A stretch of 64,000 bases of DNA from an uncultured virus (IMG/VR IMGVR_UViG_3300042386_000720) (lineage: Duplodnaviria > Heunggongvirae > Uroviricota > Caudoviricetes): positions 1 through 64,000 of IMG/VR virus record IMGVR_UViG_3300042386_000720; one strand, 5' to 3'. The position numbers and the translations under genes are program-made. The notes under the pieces were generated by a model. It saw only the letters and a list, made by a program, of their open reading frames with translations. It was not told where the DNA came from and ran no database searches. Shown piece by piece: positions 40,879 to 48,269 of the stretch; position 1 is the stretch's first letter, and each line of letters opens with the position of its first letter.

Positions 40879-41275
40879 TGGTGGAGGTGACGGGACTCGA
40901 ACCCGTGTCTTTCCTGTTCAACAATAAATGACTACACGTTTATTCTATTAGTTCATAACAGACAAATAGAAGGTTAATTACAGGAAACCATCAATACTGT
41001 TCCTAACCGGATTTTCAAGAGCCGTCAGATTTGCTCCAACACTCTTCGGGTGGTGTTACACCTTGAAGGCTTCTGTTCCTAGGTTACATGCCAGTCGACC
41101 CGATTGTAGTTTCGCCTTAGGCTACTGCTACGTTAGAAGTTGCAAGTAAACCTGCAATTTCCATGTTGTTATAAACGTTGCCGTCTAGAATTTTCCACCA
41201 TAGATTTAAGTCATAGATGAAGTCTGACTACGTGCCACTTACCCCTGATACCTGAAATCAATGCCAAGCACCCCC
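40879..41275 (-). ncRNA. ssrA: tmRNA
   Basis: 5' GGGGGTG pairs with 3' CACCTCC-ACCA including G3:U70; T-arm GGGTTCGAGTCCC; tag ORF 41182-41117 GNVYNNMEIAGLLATSNVAVA*; promoter TACATTTG upstream, terminator 40854-40877. Confidence 0.93.
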
Positions 41276-41355
41276 GTAATAAATAGAATACAAATGTAGA
41301 TGAGAAAGGGTTAAAAAACAAATTTTAACCCTTAAATTTAATTATGTGTGATAAT

Positions 41356-41655
41356 TTACTTCTTAGCGGCTGGTTTTCTTCCTTTGCGAGAACCACCTTT
41401 AGTTGCGTTTACAACATCTTTAGATTGCTTAACAACTTTTTTAGCGGCTTCAGCAACATCCTTAGTTTCTTCAACTACTCTTTTTACTCTTTCCTTAACC
41501 ACTTTAGCAACTTCTTTAACTTCCGCCAATTTTTCTTCAACCGCATCTGGAATGTTATTACCATCTTTGTCTTCGATTTTACCTGATTTCATTAGGAAAA
41601 ATACTACCGCTCCAGCCACAACCAAAGCCAATAAAATTAAAAGTACTGTCATCAT
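41356..41655 (-). CDS. Small membrane-anchored protein
   Basis: N-terminal TM, DKDGNNIPD, basic tail. Confidence 0.8.
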   Translation of the reverse strand: MMTVLLILLALVVAGAVVFFLMKSGKIEDKDGNNIPDAVEEKLAEVKEVAKVVKERVKRVVEETKDVAEAAKKVVKQSKDVVNATKGGSRKGRKPAAKK

Positions 41656-41697
41656 AATTGTTTGTTTTATATATAAATATCCGTTATTGTGCTAAAA

Positions 41698-42381
41698 TCA
41701 ATTAACCCTTAAAGGGAAGTGTTTTTCGTATAATGCCTCAAAAAACAACTTATTTTTTTCCCATTGTTTATTTACCATACCAATGGATTTATGTGTTACC
41801 ATTATTTTAGTGGTAACCCCAACTTTAATCCCATCTAAATGGTTGTCAACACAAAACGGTAAATCATAGAAATGGAACCCTGTAAATTCTTCATTAAACT
41901 TATGTTTAATTCTATCTTTATGAACCATAATAAATAACCCATCAACAATAACCACTTCTTTTGGTTTGTCACCAAATGATTGTTTTGAGTAGTGATTTAC
42001 ATGTCTTTTACCTTGATGTTCATGACCAACAACACCATACATAGATTCTTTATCCTGCCACCACATTCCACTCATTAAATTATTAGTACCGGCCAATCCT
42101 ATTATGCCATATTCAGGATTCTCCTCAAATAATCTAATAACTTTTGGTGTGATATTAGGGGTTTCCAAAATAAGATCGTCATGCATAAACACCACAATAT
42201 CATTTTCGGAATCTTGTAATCCTAAATTATAAATTTTGGGTAATGAATCCACACCATCATTCTCATAAATTAATATTTGAGTTTTAGGGTGTGAAAACAT
42301 TTTCTCAACGTGTTTTAAATACGTATCATCTATTTTTCGTGTTGAAATGACAACACTAATTGGTCCATTATATTTCGACAT
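41698..42381 (-). CDS. Glycosyltransferase family 2-like
   Basis: YN.G...VFMHDD, IIGLAG, VDGLF, FHFYD. Confidence 0.85.
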   Translation of the reverse strand: MSKYNGPISVVISTRKIDDTYLKHVEKMFSHPKTQILIYENDGVDSLPKIYNLGLQDSENDIVVFMHDDLILETPNITPKVIRLFEENPEYGIIGLAGTNNLMSGMWWQDKESMYGVVGHEHQGKRHVNHYSKQSFGDKPKEVVIVDGLFIMVHKDRIKHKFNEEFTGFHFYDLPFCVDNHLDGIKVGVTTKIMVTHKSIGMVNKQWEKNKLFFEALYEKHFPLRVN

Positions 42382-43117
42382 GAGTTGCAATTATTTCACC
42401 ATAAACTTCTTGTAAGTCTATGATTATTGGTTTATTTATTGGTTCGTATTTTGAGTTACAAGTTGATGCATTTACGAATAATGTTTTATTACCGAGCTCA
42501 ACACCATAACCTTCGTGAATATGACCAAATACACTTACTAATGGATTTATTTCTTCTATTCTATTTCGTAACAACTCACAACCTACGTTTGTATTTGGTT
42601 GTCGCCAATTATTAACTAAATCTCCGTATCCATTTGGTGGTCCATGTGTTATTAATACATCAGTATCTTCTGAAATCATATTCCACTTTTCTTGTAACTC
42701 AACCCCAAATCTTGGTAAGTTAAAAGCCCAATCATAAAAATTTGGTTGCCAAGGACTTCCGTAGATTTTAATTGGTCTTGAAAATTCAGGTGACTCAATA
42801 GTCATAAAATTATCTTCCAAATAAGTCACATTGGATTGAGATAGATTTTCAGGAGTCATTAGATTGTTTAACCAATCGTAGTCGCCTTTATGGTGCGGTT
42901 GATTAACCCGCTCAAAACAGAAATCGTGATTACCCGAAATAAAAATTTTAGAGTCAAACCCTTCTATGTTTTGAAACCAATGAATAAATTCTGTCACATC
43001 TCTTTCTCCACCTCTATTTGATAAATCACCCGCATGTATTAACACATCACCTTGTGGTAATTCGTGGGTCATACCTCTATGTAAGGCATGTGTGTCGGAT
43101 ATACAAACTATTCTCAT
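42368..43117 (-). CDS. Metallophosphoesterase (calcineurin-like)
   Basis: ISDTH, HAGD, GNHD, THGPP, GHIHE. Confidence 0.92.
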   Translation of the reverse strand: MRIVCISDTHALHRGMTHELPQGDVLIHAGDLSNRGGERDVTEFIHWFQNIEGFDSKIFISGNHDFCFERVNQPHHKGDYDWLNNLMTPENLSQSNVTYLEDNFMTIESPEFSRPIKIYGSPWQPNFYDWAFNLPRFGVELQEKWNMISEDTDVLITHGPPNGYGDLVNNWRQPNTNVGCELLRNRIEEINPLVSVFGHIHEGYGVELGNKTLFVNASTCNSKYEPINKPIIIDLQEVYGEIIATHVEI

Positions 43118-43150
43118 AATATCAAATATAAGTAAAATTTATTTAAAAGC

Positions 43151-43177
43151 AAAAAAAAAGTCAGAATAAATCTGACT
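43151..43177 (-). terminator. Terminator of the large ncRNA
   Basis: agtcaga...tctgact hairpin plus A9 on +. Confidence 0.8.
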
Positions 43178-43184
43178 AATCTTT

Positions 43185-44055
43185 TTTGGGCCGAACGGTT
43201 TTAAAACGTTCCAATTCCACCACTTTGTTTTACTAAACAAAGAAAATAAAACACTGAGAATACATGTCTTAATAATTGACTTAGGGACATTATTTGTTTC
43301 TTCCCTTTTCCACTACCTTTTGAGTAGTACCAATCAGCGGCGGTCAATTAGATTAACCAATCCTTGAGTCGTTATATACTCTTTTAATACTCATTACTCA
43401 TCAAAGATGCCTCCCTGATTCAACCTTGCGGGTTTAGAGAACTTTTTTAAAAATCACATTGGGCTTGAGACCCTTTGTGGCCGTGAACCCCTCACGACTA
43501 TGTAGCCACCTGTCTACAACGACTGACGAACACTTCTTCTTGTATGATTTTAAGTTGTTAAACCAAAATTAACAAAATTTAGTTATCCGAATTTGGAAAG
43601 TAGTGGTTCGTCACCTAGCCAAGCCACCTTTTGAGCGACTCGATACTAAACTACTCTCTGTAACATCCCTGCTACCATATTTTTGGACCCCTTCAGAACT
43701 AAACCCTTGGTAGAGTTTAATAAAGGATGATAACGACACCACTCGTACTTCACCATACCTTTCGGTTTTAAGATTCCCATTATATTGAATCACGCAATTG
43801 TAAAGTCGGATAACGATACTTCTCACAATAACTCTATGGATTATTCTTATTGGTGTCCCCACCTCAACCAAACAACTCGGATTGCTTAGTCATCAAACCA
43901 CTTTCCCTAAAGTGTTACCCTCAGTACTTAAGGTTCAACGATACTCCACTTGCCTACTCAAGTTCCATTACTGAAACCGCAACTTACCCCAACCAAGGGT
44001 TTGTCACTTTATCCCACTTTCATGGTTTATTTTAATCGACCATAGGCGGCCAATA
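43185..44055 (-). ncRNA. Large structured ncRNA, GOLLD-like
   Basis: ~870 nt without a credible ORF, bounded by a promoter (~44111) and terminator; many helices, GNRA loops, two CUCAAAAGGU hairpins; next to tRNAs. Confidence 0.65.
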
Positions 44056-44170
44056 TTTTTAAATCAAAGAACTTTTTCTTACTACGAAACCACCTTTGTG
44101 ATTTCTTTTACAAATATACAATGAATATTTTAAAAAACAAAATAAATCATCAAATATTTTTTATTTTTTT

Positions 44171-44392
44171 TTATTCAGAAGTTTTTTTCTTCTTTAATTG
44201 TTTTTTAGAAGAAACTTTATCATCAGTTTTCTTAGTTTTATAGTCTGGATTTTTGTAAAGTTTATATTCGGTTTTTGGTGCAAATGACCAATAACCACCT
44301 TTAACTCTTAAATCCGCTTCGTTATCTTCTACTCTTAAAACTTGACCAATTTCATGACCTTTACTTGCTTTAATTAACTTAATACATTTCAT
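44171..44392 (-). CDS. Small basic hypothetical protein
   Basis: ORF with its own TATATTTG promoter (~44416). Confidence 0.7.
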   Translation of the reverse strand: MKCIKLIKASKGHEIGQVLRVEDNEADLRVKGGYWSFAPKTEYKLYKNPDYKTKKTDDKVSSKKQLKKKKTSE

Positions 44393-44456
44393 AATTTTAA
44401 TCTTTAATTGTTTTACAAATATACATAATAAATTTCAAAAAACAAAATTTAATTTG

Positions 44457-44607
44457 CTGTAGTGGATGGGTTCGAACCACCAAGTGGAGATTCAACTGAT
44501 AACATGACGCTTGCAAGCTGGTGGTCTACCCCCTAATATTATCAATCTATTTCTTTGTCCACACCCCCGAGACAGGAGGGTACGTTTGCCAATTTCGTCA
44601 CACTACA
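44457..44607 (-). ncRNA. tRNA-Asp(GUC)-like RNA with ~80-nt variable-arm insertion
   Basis: Acceptor TGTAGTG/CACTACA-G, class II-like D arm, anticodon loop CTGTCTC, T arm GGTGG-TTCGAAC-CCATC. Confidence 0.75.
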
Positions 44608-44799
44608 ATATAACACCCTTTTATCAGCCGAAGCCTCACATAACCTTAGTGTGGAACCACCGGTAGGTGTCATGAATGATTACCAATGAGAATGTAGATT
44701 TTCACTAACTCGATTTAGCGGTCTCTATGGTAATTTTTTGATGGATGAAAAACATCTATTTTTCTTGCGGACTTCCATCGGAGACCCATAACTTAAAAG

Positions 44800-44873
44800 T
44801 GGACCAGGTAGGAATCGAACCTACTACCTTCACATTATGAGTGTGCCGCTCTAACCGAGTGAGCTACAAGTCC
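44800..44873 (-). tRNA. tRNA-Ile2/Met (CAT)
   Basis: Cloverleaf, loop CTCATAA; body resembles Ile2. Confidence 0.85.
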
Positions 44874-44883
44874 AAAATTTACG

Positions 44884-44957
44884 TGATCCCGTTTGGATTC
44901 GAACCAAAGACCCACATCTTAGAAGGATGTTGCTCTATCCAACTGAGCTACGGAACC
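44884..44957 (-). tRNA. tRNA-Arg (TCT)
   Basis: Cloverleaf, loop CTTCTAA. Confidence 0.93.
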
Positions 44958-45074
44958 AAGTTAATGTAATGTCTGTACGGTTTGTTTCTAATCAGCACCT
45001 TTGTACGTGCATCAAAAGTTTCCATTTCATACGTAGCGTCCGTTCCGTCACTCATTTCTGAGTCATTACATTTG

Positions 45075-45159
45075 TACCTGAGGCGGGACTTGAACCCGCA
45101 CGAGCGTTTCTGCTCAACAGATTTTAAGTCTGTCATGTATACCATTTCATCACTCAGGC
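45075..45159 (-). tRNA. tRNA-Leu (TAA)
   Basis: Class II cloverleaf, loop CTTAAAA. Confidence 0.93.
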
Positions 45160-45280
45160 ATTTTGTTTTTCCAATACATCAAAGAACTATAACTCAAACA
45201 TAAACAAAAAATGTGATATAAAAAAACCCCGAACAATTTTTTTAGTTTGTTCAGGGAATTAACTTAACTAAAATTTTATT

Positions 45281-45730
45281 TTATTTTACTTTATACGATA
45301 ATCCAAGTCCTAATGTAAAATCACTACCGACTAAATTACCAATTGTCCATAAATTTATAACAGTACTTGGCCTAAGTGGATTGTACATTATAAGAAAATT
45401 TGGTTTATTACCATCAAGTGTTGGCTGTAATCCAAATCCAACAATCGCCTTGTCTTCTTTTAATTGTCTAAGAACACCAAACTTCATGTTATCGGACACA
45501 TTTCCTGTATTGGTGTTAACACCAGGGGGAATTGAAATTCCGCCATTTGGGGTTTTTATTTCACCGTATGGAAGTCCCGCATAAAACCCCCAACCTTTTT
45601 TCATAAAACCACCTGTTATATAACCGTCTGATGGACCGCCTTTTCGAGTGGCGGTTATAAACCACTCTTGTCCATTTGCTACGACTTCCACTCCCAAAAG
45701 TAACGTTAGCACTAAAAAAATTTTTTTCAT
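45281..45730 (-). CDS. Secreted outer-membrane beta-barrel-like protein
   Basis: Signal peptide MKKIF; alternating beta strands ending LGLGLSYKVK. Confidence 0.65.
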   Translation of the reverse strand: MKKIFLVLTLLLGVEVVANGQEWFITATRKGGPSDGYITGGFMKKGWGFYAGLPYGEIKTPNGGISIPPGVNTNTGNVSDNMKFGVLRQLKEDKAIVGFGLQPTLDGNKPNFLIMYNPLRPSTVINLWTIGNLVGSDFTLGLGLSYKVK

Positions 45731-46029
45731 TTTTTTGATTTGGACAAGGAATCTTCCGTTGCCCATTTCTCTTTTAATTTTGCAACCTTCTCAATCTTTA
45801 CAATTTTACCATTCAATTTGGTAATCTCGTCCGTGATTTCTTTGGTTTTGACGGCCCTGCTAGCGTAATTCTCATCTGTTACTTCAACCCATTCAATCTT
45901 TCTTTCAAGGGATTTAATCTCTTTTTTTATTTGATTGACTGACTTTCTTTCATCAGAAAGACTTGGGTCGATAGATGATGTTAATGTGTTAAAAAATAAC
46001 ATTAACGATAATGTGATTTTATCTATCAT
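45727..46029 (-). CDS. Secreted coiled-coil protein
   Basis: N-terminal hydrophobic segment, coiled coil. Confidence 0.7.
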   Translation of the reverse strand: MIDKITLSLMLFFNTLTSSIDPSLSDERKSVNQIKKEIKSLERKIEWVEVTDENYASRAVKTKEITDEITKLNGKIVKIEKVAKLKEKWATEDSLSKSKK

Positions 46030-46205
46030 ATATTATAAATATTAATAATATGACAAATATACAGAATAAAATGTTGGAAATCAATATCTTAATATAAAAA
46101 AAATATTATATATTAAAAATTAACATTGCTATCAGGGTTTAAATGGCTCACAGATAAATCTGGAATCACCACCTACTGGTTTTACAGTATCTTAGTTAAT
46201 TCTTG

Positions 46206-46290
46206 CAGAGAGTTAGGGATTCGAACCCCAGATACCTTTCAGTATGCCAGTTTTCAAGACTGGTGCCATCAACCACTCGGCCAACTCTCT
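46206..46290 (-). tRNA. tRNA-Ser (TGA)
   Basis: Class II cloverleaf, loop CTTGAAA. Confidence 0.93.
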
Positions 46291-46556
46291 AAAAATTGAT
46301 TCTAACTCACCTTAAGTTGCACCATCCGAGTCACTGCTCTGGTTGACAAAGTCCTCGTTGAGTTAGTTTCAAAAAGTTACAGGTTTTTCGTACCATCTAT
46401 GTACATCATAACAGACATAGTCTGCGGTTACATTTTCGTATTGGGGTAATTATTCCCGACTTATAGTAACTCTACCCTCACCGCCCTACCTCGCGAGTCA
46501 GACGGATCTTTTGGGATTCATAGACAGTGGGGTTACACCACCGTCGTCACCTGTTG

Positions 46557-46630
46557 AGCCCAAACTCAGATTCGAACTGAGGACCTACTGATTACAAATC
46601 AGTTGCTCTGGCCAGCTGAGCTATTCGGGC
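46557..46630 (-). tRNA. tRNA-Thr (TGT)
   Basis: Cloverleaf, loop TTTGTAA. Confidence 0.93.
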
Positions 46631-46780
46631 TACTATGGAAAACAGAAGATGGGGGTGTGGACATCTGTTTTTATGATTGGCGTTTCTCGCTATTCGCTAG
46701 CCCCGTTAAATCCCAATCAACCATTGTTTAACAAAGATAATAAATAATTTCAGATATTCCAAATTATTTTAAAATCTTTT

Positions 46781-46853
46781 TGGTTGCGGGGCCGGTAGTC
46801 GAAACCGGAAAAGACACAGCTTATGAGACTGGTCGGGTACCCTCCTCCCCGCA
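46781..46853 (-). tRNA. Atypical tRNA-Met (CAT) with reduced D arm
   Basis: TGCGGGG/CCCCGCA-A-CCA, loop CTCATAA, T arm CCGGT-TTCGACT-ACCGG. Confidence 0.7.
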
Positions 46854-46858
46854 ATATG

Positions 46859-46929
46859 TTGTCCCTCGTGGGCTCGAACCACAGCTAGATGGACCAAAAC
46901 CATCTGTACTACCACTATACTAAAGGACA
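46859..46929 (-). tRNA. tRNA-Gln (TTG)
   Basis: Cloverleaf, loop TTTTGGT. Confidence 0.9.
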
Positions 46930-46934
46930 ATATG

Positions 46935-47014
46935 TACCCAAGGTCGGACTCGAACCGACACGCCTTTCGACACGGTTTCTAAGACCGCTGTGTATACCAT
47001 TCCACCACTCGGGT
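46935..47014 (-). tRNA. tRNA-Leu (TAG)
   Basis: Class II cloverleaf, loop CTTAGAA. Confidence 0.93.
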
Positions 47015-47021
47015 ATTGTTG

Positions 47022-47093
47022 CACGCATGTAAGGACTCGAACCTTCATCTTCGGTTTTGGAGACCGAAATTCTACCAATTGAACTACACACGC
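47022..47093 (-). tRNA. tRNA-Trp (CCA)
   Basis: Cloverleaf, loop CTCCAAA. Confidence 0.93.
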
Positions 47094-47099
47094 ATTTTG

Positions 47100-47171
47100 C
47101 GCTGATTCAGAATTACGATATCTGGACCCCGAAGTTAACAGCTTCGTGCTCTACCTCTGAGCTAAATCAGC
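47100..47171 (-). tRNA. tRNA-Asn (GTT), non-canonical T loop
   Basis: Loop CTGTTAA; T loop ATCGTAA. Confidence 0.8.
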
Positions 47172-47176
47172 GTTTG

Positions 47177-47251
47177 TAGGGTAAAGAGGACTCGAACCTC
47201 CATGATGCCTTGCTCCCAAAGCAAGTGACTTAGCCATTAGTCCATTACCCT
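47177..47251 (-). tRNA. tRNA-Pro (TGG)
   Basis: Cloverleaf, loop TTTGGGA. Confidence 0.9.
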
Positions 47252-47260
47252 ATTTGTATA

Positions 47261-47298
47261 AAACAAAAAACCTCGAGATTTTTAAGTCCCGAGGTTTT
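47261..47298 (-). terminator. Terminator (attenuator) directly upstream of the tRNA operon
   Basis: Minus strand AAAACCUCGGGA-loop-UCUCGAGGUUUUUUGUUU. Confidence 0.85.
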
Positions 47299-47321
47299 CT
47301 AATATTTTAAGTTAAACTAAA

Positions 47322-47417
47322 TTAACCAACATCAGTATCATCGAGACATATGCGCATAGGTTGCTCATTCCAATTTAGTTGGTTTGATGTCGACGTTATG
47401 TTTGTTAATTGTCTCAT
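47322..47417 (-). CDS. Putative attenuator leader peptide (31 aa) MRQLTNITSTSNQLNWNEQPMRICLDDTDVG
   Basis: Short ORF between promoter TATCTTTG (47447-47454) and terminator; stop codon lies inside the predicted antiterminator. Confidence 0.7.
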   Translation of the reverse strand: MRQLTNITSTSNQLNWNEQPMRICLDDTDVG

Positions 47418-47603
47418 TGAATTTAGTTTTATCTTTTTTTCTTTTACAAAGATATTAATAAATACGTATATAATCAAGAAAAGTTAAAAACTTTTTTTTG
47501 TCAGATGTATAAAGTGTTGATATTTATAAGGGACAAATAAAAATTATCTCTCTCCTGACTCTTTTCATATGAAAATTGCCAGGAGTACTTTAAAAAATTT
47601 CAT

Positions 47604-48254
47604 ATGGAAAGAATTAGAACATTATCACTTAATTTAGGCAATATATTATTTTGGGTATTTTTAAGATTAGTAGTATTTTGGATAGTCTTTGCCCTTTGTT
47701 TTCAATTATTCTTTGTTTATTTAGAGTTTTCCGGCAAACATGAGTTGCAACGAAATATCGTTAATTGGATTTCGTGGAGAATTGATGGAACATTCAAAAA
47801 CTCTCCAGAAAACATTTGGTATAATGCTGAAGACCATATTTGGGTTGAGAGTGTAACCAATGAGGTTAAAATTGGTAAATTGGCTGGTAACAGAAATTTA
47901 GCATTCGGGGTTAAAAACATATTAGAAGAGTTTTTACAAGAAAAAGGCTACGATTTATCGGCATCATCTCCTTACAAATTAAAAGTACAAATTGTTTATT
48001 TAGATGTTCTTACAACAAAGAAGAACATATCTGTTTTCCATTCTAATCAGGAGGAAGTGGTTATTAGATTGAAGGGAACATTAACAAAAGACGGTAAAAA
48101 AGAAAAAGAATTTGTTGTTGAGGAATCATCATCTGAAGTTTCTATGTCGACGCTTATTGTCGATGAAGGGGGGTCGTTTAACCAAACATCTTTAAGTAAT
48201 GCACTTAAAAAGGCTAGTGAAAAATTAATAAATAAATTAATGGATAAAAAATAA
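47604..48254 (+). CDS. Membrane-anchored protein, CsgG/LptE-like alpha-beta fold
   Basis: N-terminal TM; V.N...GVKNILEE...C-terminal ALKKASEKLI helix. Confidence 0.6.
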   Translation: MERIRTLSLNLGNILFWVFLRLVVFWIVFALCFQLFFVYLEFSGKHELQRNIVNWISWRIDGTFKNSPENIWYNAEDHIWVESVTNEVKIGKLAGNRNLAFGVKNILEEFLQEKGYDLSASSPYKLKVQIVYLDVLTTKKNISVFHSNQEEVVIRLKGTLTKDGKKEKEFVVEESSSEVSMSTLIVDEGGSFNQTSLSNALKKASEKLINKLMDKK

Positions 48255-48269
48255 AAAAAAAATAATAAA

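Noticed and set aside
43611..44035. ORFs 43611-43871 and 43850-44035
   Set aside because: They lie inside the structured RNA, have non-ATG starts and show no protein-like motifs.
43185..44055. rRNA, RNase P RNA or self-splicing intron
   Set aside because: No recognisable rRNA or RNase P (GAGGAAAGUCC) signature, no interrupted host gene, and it has its own promoter and terminator.
44948..45203. ORFs overlapping tRNA-Leu and tRNA-Arg
   Set aside because: They overlap clear tRNA genes.
46119..46200. Possible ncRNA downstream of tRNA-Ser (ATTAAC/GTTAAT-closed)
   Set aside because: Only short, AT-rich stems; too weak to support by eye.
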